Part shown: positions 1-8,465 of the stretch, in pieces
How the letters are laid out: the number at the start of each line of letters is the position of its first letter
Position numbering within the stretch: position 1 is the stretch's first letter
DNA from: Selaginella moellendorffii
Lineage: Eukaryota > Plantae > Lycopodiophyta
Length of the DNA stretch: 64,000 nucleotides
Direction of reading: 5' to 3'
Assembly: GCF_000143415.4 (NCBI RefSeq)
Contig: NW_003314347.1
Span: 766,752-830,751 of the forward strand
Translations under genes and position numbers: made by a program
The notes under the pieces: generated by a model
The model's input: only the letters and a program-made list of their open reading frames with translations
What the model was told of the DNA's origin: nothing
Databases searched by the model: none

Positions 1-1
1 T

Positions 2-976
2 CTCTCCGCGGAAGAGGCGGCGGCGGCGGACGAGCAGCAGCAAGAGTGTACATTATGGAACGCCTGGTCGGTGCGAGCGCCGCTAGGGACACCGTTTTGC
101 GTGGGAAGTGTGGGATCGGCCCAGCGAGCGGCGGTGTTGAAGCGGCCGCCACACCACCATCACCACCACCACCACCACCACCACCACCTTACACATTCTT
201 TAGTAGGGGATAGTATAGAGGACGAGTGCCTGGAAGCAAGCGATCTGCCAGATGGAGATGGCATGCGGCGACGCATGGAAGAAGTCGCTATAGTGGAGCA
301 GGGACTACAGGGGGTGAGCCACGAGTGCGGGCATGTACTCAACCAGGCGCTCGACGTTTACCTCAAGCGGATCATCGGAGCTTCCGTGGAGTTTGTACAG
401 TCGAGGAGGAAAGATGGAGGAGACAAGCAGCAGCATGGATTCCAGAGCTCAACGTCGTCGGTAGCGGCGGCACTGAATGGTGTGGTTTGGGGTGGATCTT
501 CGCACCACCTCTTGCAAGGCCCGGCAGGAGTGGTGGAGTCGAAACAGCTTGTTGGTGGTGCTGGTGCTGGTGCTGGTGCTGCCGCTGCTGGGCAGATCTC
601 GGCGTTGGATTTCAAGGTGGCGATGGAGGCCAACCCGCAGCTGCTGGGAGAGAACCAGCCGCTTCACCTGGAGCGGATCATGCTGCGGGTGTTTGACGAG
701 CAGGAGAAGCGAAACTTTCGTCGCCACCATGAGCAGCAGTTGCAACCATCGGCGCAGCTGCAACCATTGCCAGCATTGCAGCAACCGCAGTTACAACCAT
801 CACAGCATCAACATCAACATCAACAACAACACCAACACCACCATCACCAGCAGCAGCAGCAGCAGCACCATCACCACCTTCACCACCACCACCATCATCA
901 GCAGCAGGCACAACACCAGCATCAACAGGAGCTACAACACCAGCAGCAGCAGCAGCAGCAGCGACAAGTTTTGTAA
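2..976 (+). CDS. ADA1: SAGA complex subunit ADA1/Tad1-like transcriptional adaptor, 3' part (5' end outside window), with poly-His and His/Gln-rich tail
   Basis: Frame is open from base 2. Motifs RAPLGTPFC..SVG, GLQGVSHECGHVLNQALDVYLKRII and ISALDFKVAMEANPQLLGE match plant ADA1 C-terminal conserved blocks. Stop TAA 974-976. Confidence 0.85.
   Translation, partial: LSAEEAAAADEQQQECTLWNAWSVRAPLGTPFCVGSVGSAQRAAVLKRPPHHHHHHHHHHHHLTHSLVGDSIEDECLEASDLPDGDGMRRRMEEVAIVEQGLQGVSHECGHVLNQALDVYLKRIIGASVEFVQSRRKDGGDKQQHGFQSSTSSVAAALNGVVWGGSSHHLLQGPAGVVESKQLVGGAGAGAGAAAAGQISALDFKVAMEANPQLLGENQPLHLERIMLRVFDEQEKRNFRRHHEQQLQPSAQLQPLPALQQPQLQPSQHQHQHQQQHQHHHHQQQQQQHHHHLHHHHHHQQQAQHQHQQELQHQQQQQQQRQVL
149..187 (+). 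repeat. (CAC)n trinucleotide repeat encoding poly-His
   Basis: ccacaccaccatcaccaccaccaccaccaccaccaccac inside the ADA1 ORF. Confidence 0.9.
721..963 (+). repeat. CAG/CAA/CAC/CAT low-complexity tract (Gln/His-rich C-terminus)
   Basis: Mixed trinucleotide repeats translating to Q/H runs. Confidence 0.85.
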
Positions 977-1198
977 TAGTTCTCAAGCACAGGTTCTTGT
1001 GATTTCTACCTCTCTTCTCTCCTCCATCTTTTCTTCGTTTACTCCCCTCTCCCCCTGGGTTTACTCTCGTTGTGTATCAACACACATTCCTTTTGGAGTT
1101 TGGAATGGGGAACCACTGTAGCAAAGCTTCTCTTTCTCTCTAATGACGGAATTGACCATCGTTGACTTCCATGGGCGTTGACTTTGGTGTTGACTTTG

Positions 1199-2860
1199 AT
1201 GGACCGCAAGCAGTGTGTGGAGCTTGTGCGGTCTTGTAAGACTCTGTGCGAGGCAAAAAAAATCCATGCCCGGGTTACACTAGTGACGGGCTGTGACGTT
1301 TTCGTCGCCAACAAGTTAGTTGAGATGTACGGCCGGTGCGGGAGCGCAAGCGATGCTAGGCGGGTGTTTGACGGGCTGCCGTACAAAGATTCCTTCTCTT
1401 GGAATCTCATGCTGACAGCATATGCTAGGAACGGGCATCTGCGGGAGGCAAAGCGGCTGTTTGACGTGATGGTTGAGAGGGACAAGATCTCTTGGACGGT
1501 GATGTTGGTTTTGTTCTCCGAGAAGGGCTTGCTGATCGATGCGGCTGATTTGTTTTACAGAATGCCAGAATGGGATATTGTAGCGTGGAACTCGATGCTT
1601 TTAGCGCATGCCCATTACGGGCATCTAGAGGATGTTCTTCAAATCCTTTACGAAATGCCTGAATGGGGCGCGGTCTCCGTTAATGCGCTTCTTGTAGCTT
1701 ACAAAAGCCACGGCTGTCTCGATAAGTGCTTTGAGATGTTCGATGCTCTGCCAGAAAGAGATTTGAAACTCTGGAGTGCGATGCACTCGGCAATTGCCAC
1801 GCTTGGGCATCCGGAACAAGTCTGGAACTTCTTTCATAAGATGCCCGAGTGGGACTTGGTATCTTCAACGACGATGCTGGCTTCTCTTTCTCAAACTGAT
1901 AAGCTCCACAAAGCAAATAGAATCTTCCAAATGATGCCCCAGAAGAACATAATTTCATGGACAGCAATCATAAACGCCCACATCCGCAGTGGAGATTTGC
2001 ACCAGGCAGCCACCTTGTATGAGTCAATGCCCGAGTGGGATTTGGAATCCTCCACAGCCATGATCACGGCATATGCTGAATACGGAGCCGTAGCACGGGC
2101 CAAATCCGTGTACGACAGCATGAAAGAAAGGAGCATGGCCTCGTGTACAGCCTTGTTATCTGCGTACAGTCATGCCGGGGATTTGGAAAATGCCGTGAGA
2201 GCGATGGATTGGATGCCGGAGCACGACCAAACATCGTCGCTAACAATGGTTCTGGCATTTGCCCGGTATGGGCATCTGGGCGATGCGCAAACGCTGTACG
2301 AACAGATTCCGGAACGGAATGTGGCGGCATCGACGGCCATGGTCGCTGCCTTTGTCTACGCTGGACACGTGGACGGTGCCAGACAGACCTTTGACAGAAT
2401 GCCTGAGGCGGACCTGGTCGCGTGGACGGCCATGATTGCAGCGTATGCCCAGAGTGGTCATTCGTCTAGCGCGATTGATCTTTACAATGCAATGGTGATG
2501 GTGGAGTTCCCGGATGGAGTGAGCTTCCTGTCTCTTTTAATTGCTAAAACCCACGCAGGCAAGACACGGGAGGCAAGAGATTGCTTTGTCTCGATGGCAT
2601 TTGATTATGGGATTGCTCCCACCAAGCAGCACTACTGCTGCGTGCTTGATCTCTTGGGCAGGAGTGGACGACTCGGAGAAGCGAGAGATCTAATGGAAAC
2701 AATGCCATTTGTGCCAGATGCGCTCGAAATGAGGTGTTTCTTGGGAGCTTGCAAGGCGAGGTGGAAAGAATTTGTAAAGCATGGCGCAAAGGAGGCTATA
2801 GAATTCGATCATAGGGACCCCGCAGCGTATGTAATAGTAGCAAACGCTCTCACGAATTAA
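1199..2860 (+). CDS. PLS-class pentatricopeptide repeat protein with E extension, no DYW (putative organellar RNA-editing factor)
   Basis: Intronless ORF from ATG 1199. Contains VFVANKLVEMYGRCGS, tandem ~31-aa motifs (MPE.D...W/S..M..AY), HYCCVLDLLGRSGRLGEA and E-domain AAYVIVAN before the stop. Confidence 0.93.
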   Translation: MDRKQCVELVRSCKTLCEAKKIHARVTLVTGCDVFVANKLVEMYGRCGSASDARRVFDGLPYKDSFSWNLMLTAYARNGHLREAKRLFDVMVERDKISWTVMLVLFSEKGLLIDAADLFYRMPEWDIVAWNSMLLAHAHYGHLEDVLQILYEMPEWGAVSVNALLVAYKSHGCLDKCFEMFDALPERDLKLWSAMHSAIATLGHPEQVWNFFHKMPEWDLVSSTTMLASLSQTDKLHKANRIFQMMPQKNIISWTAIINAHIRSGDLHQAATLYESMPEWDLESSTAMITAYAEYGAVARAKSVYDSMKERSMASCTALLSAYSHAGDLENAVRAMDWMPEHDQTSSLTMVLAFARYGHLGDAQTLYEQIPERNVAASTAMVAAFVYAGHVDGARQTFDRMPEADLVAWTAMIAAYAQSGHSSSAIDLYNAMVMVEFPDGVSFLSLLIAKTHAGKTREARDCFVSMAFDYGIAPTKQHYCCVLDLLGRSGRLGEARDLMETMPFVPDALEMRCFLGACKARWKEFVKHGAKEAIEFDHRDPAAYVIVANALTN

Positions 2861-2906
2861 GTACTCCATTGGCAAGCCGAGCCCCTCGACGACGTATCTA
2901 GGGTTT

Positions 2907-3670
2907 ATGGCGTTCCGGAGAAAGGTCGTGGAGCGCCTCACTTCGACTGGCCTTCCCGGCAGCGTTCCTCCGCGAGGTAAGCGAGAGGTTTCTCTCGAAA
3001 GCTACATTTTTGGATTCAGGGTCCAAGGAGCGGTGGCATCCCCGGATCATCGATGTTACCACGGCGGACGACTACAAGCACTTGCTACACAAAATCAAAG
3101 CGAGTAAGTCCTCCTCATTCATTGCCAATGCCAATGAAGTGATTTTTCTCTTCTCCATTTTTCCTCTGCCTAGCTCCGATCTCCTTTGGCGTTGTGTTCT
3201 TCACGTCGGAGGAGCGTTCCAATTCATGTAAGTGCCTCTTTCTTTCTCTCAAGATTGAGATCCGCTTGTGTGTCTAGGCCAGGAATCCGAGGACGCTGTG
3301 TACAAAATAGCCAAGAGAAATTCAGAGGTGACATTTTTGAGGCTCGAGGTGGAAGAGGTATCAAAACAAAATGGAAGACAAGATTTCATGCACATCTTAA
3401 CGTCGATCTCTTTGTTTGACAGGAGGGAATCCAAGAGATTGTGGGGCAAATAGACACATCACGACTGGTAATGTTTCCTCTCTTGTCGCATTTTTGAGCT
3501 TCAAATCGTTCCTTTGCCTGGCTTGTGTGTAGCCAACCTTTTATTTCTACAAGGGAGGAGATGTGGTGGGAAAGCTTATCGGATCGTCTCCTTCCAAGCT
3601 CGAGGACTTGGTGGTGAGCTTCATCCATCACAAGGAACTAAGACGCCACATACGCGTCAACGAGTTCTAG
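2907..3670 (+). CDS. Thioredoxin-o-like protein with degenerate active site (6 exons)
   Basis: Exons ~2907-2976, 3020-3103, 3174-3227, 3278-3357, 3423-3467, 3533-3670 with GT-AG introns splice to MAFRRKVVERL...FGVVFFTSEERSNSCQESEDAVYKIAKRNSEVTFLRLEVEEEGIQEIVGQIDTSRLPTFYFYKGGDVVGKLIGSSPSKLEDLV. The Trx fold signatures (F-T, PTF.F.KGG...G) are present. Confidence 0.75.
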
Positions 3671-4563
3671 CCAGGAAGCTTTGCAGCTATTCAAATGATT
3701 GTGTTGTTTCATACAAGCTTTTCATTTTTATTTTCAATTTTAGTATTACTAAGATGTTTAATTAGAATTTTTAAATATATATATTTATTAATTATGAAAT
3801 GGTAAAATAGAAATAACAAAAATAAAAAATTAATATAATAAACGATTATTATCATATATTTTAAATATAACAGAAAAAAATATAGTAGATGTTGTGAAGA
3901 CGTTAATTCATTATTTTGCTAAAGATTAAGATGTTTATTGAATCATAAAGCTGTAGAAGTAATTTGTTTTCTTTATAAAACAGATTGAATATTTCTTTAT
4001 GAATATTTAAAATTTCTTTTAATTCACAATAAAAGAACTTTTAAATACTATCTTCAAATTATAATAAACACTACATCTATTAATCTAAAATTTAATGTTT
4101 TTATATGCATAATAACACATTAACAAAAAAAAAGCTGCTACTATATAATTTATTAAAAGAAACTAAAAGAGATTCTTAAAGAATAAATTATTATAGGATT
4201 AATAAAACTTCACTATATAATTTTGTTATTTCATTTTATTTATTAATGATACATACTTCGGAGCACCAAGGGATGGCATGGCCTTCAAAGAAGAGCACAA
4301 GCCAAGGAAAGCTTTAAAAACATTTGATTTATAGATGTTAAACAGATGTATAATAATATGATACAACTTTCTGTTACATGAAATTAGTCCTAAATAAACG
4401 TGTGGATTATAGAGCGCCTGAGGTCTACATTTTCGTGTGTGTGAGGAGCCACCGAGGAGGAACACCTAGGGTTCTACAGGACCGTCTGGTAAGCAAAGCT
4501 CTCCCAGAGCTCCACAGCTCCTCTCCCTCATCGATCTCCTCCCAGGCGCAAGCGCAAGCGAGC

Positions 4564-6039
4564 ATGGACGCCACAGCTCTGTCGCGCATCGGCCTGGCCG
4601 GCCTGGCCGTCATGGGCCAGAATCTGGCGCTCAACATCGGCGAGAAGGGCTTCCCCATCTCCGTCTACAATCGCACCGCCGGCAAGGTGGACGAGACCGT
4701 GGAGCGCGCCAAGGCGGAGGGAAATCTCCCCCTCGCCGGCTACCGCAACCCACAGGACTTCGTGCTCTCCATCCAGCGCCCCCGATCCGTGATCATCCTC
4801 GTCAAGGCCGGCGCCCCGGTGGATCAGACCATTGCCACGCTCGCCCAGTTCATGGAGCCCGGCGACTGCATCATCGACGGCGGCAACGAGTGGTACGAGA
4901 ACACCGAGAGGAGGATCGCCGCCGCCAAGGAGAAGGGTCTCCTCTACCTGGGGATGGGAGTCTCCGGTGGCGAGGAGGGCGCCCGCCATGGCCCGTCTCT
5001 CATGCCTGGAGGAACGCCCGAGGCCTACCGCTACGTCGAGGACGTCGTCAAGAAGATCGCGGCCCAGGTAGACGATGGTCCGTGTGTCACCTACGTCGGC
5101 CCCGGCGGAGCTGGGAACTTCGTCAAGATGATCCACAATGGGATCGAGTATGGCGACATGCAGCTCATCTCCGAGGCCTACGACGTCCTCAAGTCGGTCG
5201 GCGGCCTCACCAACGAGGAGCTCCACCAAGTTTTCGCGGACTGGAACCGTGGCGAGCTCGAGAGCTTCCTGGTGGAGATCACCGCGGACATCTTCTCCGT
5301 CAAGGATGACAAGGCCGGTGGCGATCTCGTTGACAAGATCTTGGACAAGACTGGGATGAAAGGCACCGGGAAGTGGACTGTCCAGCAGGCTGCCGAGCTC
5401 TCCATCGCGGCTCCCACCATAGCTGCGTCGCTCGACTCGCGGTTCTTGAGCGGGCTCAAGGAGGAGCGCGTTGCTGCCGCTGCTATCTTTGCCGAGGCTG
5501 GGCTGCCCGATGTGCTCAACCACGTCGCGGTGGACAAGAAGCAGCTCGTTGATGATGTGAGGAAGGCGCTGTACGCGTCCAAGATCTGCAGCTATGCGCA
5601 GGGGATGAATCTGCTGCGAGCCAAGAGCCTGGAGCAGGGGTGGAAGCTCGACTTGGGCGAGCTTGCCAGGATCTGGAAAGGTGGCTGTATCATCCGGGCC
5701 GTGTTCCTGGACCGGATCAAGAAGGCGTACGATCGGAACTCGAACCTGGCGAGCTTGTTGATCGATCCTGAGTTTGCGAAGGAGATGGTGGAGCGGCAGG
5801 CGGCGTGGAGGAGAGTGGTGAGCCTGGCTGTGAGTGCGGGGATTAGTACTCCTGGCATGACTGCGAGCTTGGCTTACTTCGATACTTACCGTCGAGGGAG
5901 ACTTCCGGCCAATCTCGTCCAGGCCCAGCGCGACTACTTCGGTGCGCACACTTACGAGCGAGTGGATATGAGCGGCTCCTTCCACACTGAGTGGCACAAG
6001 CTGGCCAAGCACAGCACCAACCTCCGGGCGCTCATCTGA
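4564..6039 (+). CDS. PGD: 6-phosphogluconate dehydrogenase, decarboxylating (PGD1/PGD3-like)
   Basis: MDATALSRIGLAGLAVMGQNLALN, VKAG, DGGNEWYENT, GMGVSGGEEGAR, FVKMIHNGIEYGDMQLI, QAQRDYFGAHTYER. Intronless; ATG 4564 aligns with plant homologue starts. Confidence 0.97.
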   Translation: MDATALSRIGLAGLAVMGQNLALNIGEKGFPISVYNRTAGKVDETVERAKAEGNLPLAGYRNPQDFVLSIQRPRSVIILVKAGAPVDQTIATLAQFMEPGDCIIDGGNEWYENTERRIAAAKEKGLLYLGMGVSGGEEGARHGPSLMPGGTPEAYRYVEDVVKKIAAQVDDGPCVTYVGPGGAGNFVKMIHNGIEYGDMQLISEAYDVLKSVGGLTNEELHQVFADWNRGELESFLVEITADIFSVKDDKAGGDLVDKILDKTGMKGTGKWTVQQAAELSIAAPTIAASLDSRFLSGLKEERVAAAAIFAEAGLPDVLNHVAVDKKQLVDDVRKALYASKICSYAQGMNLLRAKSLEQGWKLDLGELARIWKGGCIIRAVFLDRIKKAYDRNSNLASLLIDPEFAKEMVERQAAWRRVVSLAVSAGISTPGMTASLAYFDTYRRGRLPANLVQAQRDYFGAHTYERVDMSGSFHTEWHKLAKHSTNLRALI

Positions 6040-6497
6040 AAGCAAGCAAGCACGGGAGACGAAGAAGAGCGATCAGGTTCGCTAAGAAAAGAAAAATAAG
6101 AGGAACTCTTACCAGGCAGGCAGGCAAGTTGAATTGCTTGTACGTCTAGTTTTGGTCTTGGTAGTGGCTCGCTCCATTTTGATTCTTGGAGCAGCTTGAT
6201 CTTGTTGCTCATTTTTGTGGTTTTTGGTCAGACTCTCTCAGTTGCTAATAAGCTATATGTCGTGCTTTTAATCGGTCGTGTAAAAGCTTTTCCACCTAGA
6301 ACACGCAAGCACGTATCAGTAGAACACCGTGATTTCTTGCGTAAATGCTTACGGGTGTTCGGTCTTTATCATCACGAATCGGCGCAGCTGAAACAAATAT
6401 CAAAGGACAGTTTAAACGAAGTCCATGAAAGAAAGTTTCTACTCACACTGGTTGACCACTGTTCGTCAGCTTGAATCTCCATGACGAGCATCACCTC

Positions 6498-8435
6498 TCA
6501 AGAAATGTCGCCAAGACTCCTTTCTCCTGGTCCGGAGTCGTGCAGTCGAGAGCCGGCACTGATCTTGCTCCGCTGCTTGCGTGACAGCCTCGAGAGCAAG
6601 CCATGCTTTCTCTTCTCGTCCGGGACAGCGTAGATGTTGTAGAGTAGCACGTAAGGCGCGGAGCTCTCGGGCTGGAGCTTCACCACTCTCTCGGCAGCAA
6701 GCTCGGCTCTCTTTAAGTCGCCATGGACCTTGCAAAGGTTGAGGAACGTCGTCCAAGTCAGCGGGTCGGCCTCGTAAGGCATGGTGTGGAGAACGTCCTC
6801 GGCTCTCTGGAGCTGGCCACACCGTCCGAGGTTGTCGATGAGGAGATTGAAATGCTCCACCCCGGGGACCAAGCCGTGGTCCTCGACCATGGACACGAAC
6901 ATCACCTCGCCTTGAGAGAGCAAACCGACGTGGTTGCATGTAAGTAGCACCCCCGTGAAAGTTACGTTGTCCGGCCTCGTCCCGTCCAGCACCATCGCCT
7001 GGAAGACGAGCATTCCACAGTCCCCTTGCCCGCTCTGTGCATATCCGTGGATTATCATGTTCCACGAGACCACGTCCACCTCCGGCAGATCGTAATGCAA
7101 GTAGTCCCTGGCCGTGTCGACGCGACCCTTCTGAGCGTTGAGGAACAGGATGGAGTTCCAGATCCATACCGTCCTGGCCGGGAACTTATGGAAGAGTGAC
7201 TTCGCTCCATCAAAGTGACCGTTCTCAGCAAAGGCAGTGAGGAGCACCGACCACGCAGAAGCTGTCCGGCACGGCATTGTGTCGAAGAGTCGTTTAGCCG
7301 TCTGGACGTCTTCGTTCATCCCGTAGGCTCGAATCATGCACGTCCAGGCCACCGAGTCCGGCTCCGGCATGGAGTCGAACAAGAGCTTGGCTTCCTCGAG
7401 GTGGCCGTTTTCTCCAAGAGCTTGCATCACAGCACTCCAAGCTATGGTGTCCCTGAGCGGCATGGCTTGGAACATCTTGGTCGCGGTCTCGACGTATCCC
7501 TGTTCCCCAAAGCCTTGAAGTGCTGCGGTCCAGGAGACGATATCCCGCTCCGGCATGCTCCAAAACAAGCTGCTCGCTTTCTCGAGATGCCCGTTCTGGG
7601 CATAAGCCACCAGCATGACGTTCCAAGTCACTACGTTCTGGCTCGGCATCCTCGCAAACATCCTGCCAGCCGAGTCCAAATGCGCGTTCTGTGCGTATTC
7701 CGCAATGATGGCTGTCCACGATGCCGCATCCCTGTATGGCATTCGATCGAAGAGCTGCTTTGCGTCTTCCAGCCTCCGTCCCTTGGCATACCCCTGGATC
7801 ATGTAGTTCCACGAGAGTGTGTTCCATTGGGGGATCCTCTCGAACAGTATCCTTGCTTCGTCGAGCCGGCCGTGTTGACACAGCGAGGAGACGACGGTTG
7901 TCCAGGAGGTGAGGTTGAGCTGCGGCATGACTTGGAACATCGAGCACGCCTCGTCGAGATGCCCGTGACGGGCATATCCAGTCAAGAGAGCGTTCCAGGT
8001 CACCACGTTCCACTGCGGCATCTTGTCGAAGAAATCGCTGGCTTCCCGGAGTCGAGAGTGTTCAGCGAAGCCACTGACCATGCTCGTCCAGGACACCACC
8101 CCCTTGTCTCGCATCGAGTCGAACATCTCCTTGGCCTCCCGGAGATACCCGTTCTGGGTATAGGCCGTGAGCATAATCGTGTTGCCGTGAACGCCTGGGT
8201 CCTCGACTTTGTCGTAGATCTTGCGAGCTTCGGCAACGCTGCCGCATTTTCCGAACATGTTGATGAGGAGGTTTGCGAGGAAGACGCTGTCGTAGTGCAA
8301 ACTCTTGAGAATCAGTTGATGGGCCTGCCTGCCCTGTTGAAGATCCTTGCACTCGGTGCACGATCTCACGAGTTGGACGTAGAAATGAATGTCGTGTGGC
8401 GGTGGACAGTACCTGAGTGGCTTTGCAGATAGCAT
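6498..8435 (-). CDS. PLS-class PPR protein with E extension, no DYW
   Basis: Intronless 645-aa ORF with VFLANLLINMFGKCGS, many MP..D.V.W motifs, HFNLLIDNLGRCGQL and SSAPYVLLYNIY. Confidence 0.93.
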   Translation of the reverse strand: MLSAKPLRYCPPPHDIHFYVQLVRSCTECKDLQQGRQAHQLILKSLHYDSVFLANLLINMFGKCGSVAEARKIYDKVEDPGVHGNTIMLTAYTQNGYLREAKEMFDSMRDKGVVSWTSMVSGFAEHSRLREASDFFDKMPQWNVVTWNALLTGYARHGHLDEACSMFQVMPQLNLTSWTTVVSSLCQHGRLDEARILFERIPQWNTLSWNYMIQGYAKGRRLEDAKQLFDRMPYRDAASWTAIIAEYAQNAHLDSAGRMFARMPSQNVVTWNVMLVAYAQNGHLEKASSLFWSMPERDIVSWTAALQGFGEQGYVETATKMFQAMPLRDTIAWSAVMQALGENGHLEEAKLLFDSMPEPDSVAWTCMIRAYGMNEDVQTAKRLFDTMPCRTASAWSVLLTAFAENGHFDGAKSLFHKFPARTVWIWNSILFLNAQKGRVDTARDYLHYDLPEVDVVSWNMIIHGYAQSGQGDCGMLVFQAMVLDGTRPDNVTFTGVLLTCNHVGLLSQGEVMFVSMVEDHGLVPGVEHFNLLIDNLGRCGQLQRAEDVLHTMPYEADPLTWTTFLNLCKVHGDLKRAELAAERVVKLQPESSAPYVLLYNIYAVPDEKRKHGLLSRLSRKQRSKISAGSRLHDSGPGERSLGDIS

Positions 8436-8465
8436 TCCAGATGAGAATCACTACTTTGTTGATCG

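Noticed and set aside
4378-4563. 62-aa N-terminal extension of 6PGD from upstream ATG 4378
   Set aside because: Homologues start at the MDATALSRIGL position; the extension looks like promoter or 5' UTR and is not a convincing transit peptide, though it cannot be fully excluded.
6025-6039. Possible peroxisomal PTS1 on 6PGD
   Set aside because: The C-terminus is -ALI, not a canonical SKL-type signal.
4528-6045. 505-aa antisense ORF over 6PGD (likewise 7215-8432 over the PPR, 24869-25639 over CYP74, 11230-12108 over the kinase, 15093-15929 over LHT)
   Set aside because: Shadow ORFs from GC-rich codon bias on the real strand; no recognisable domains.
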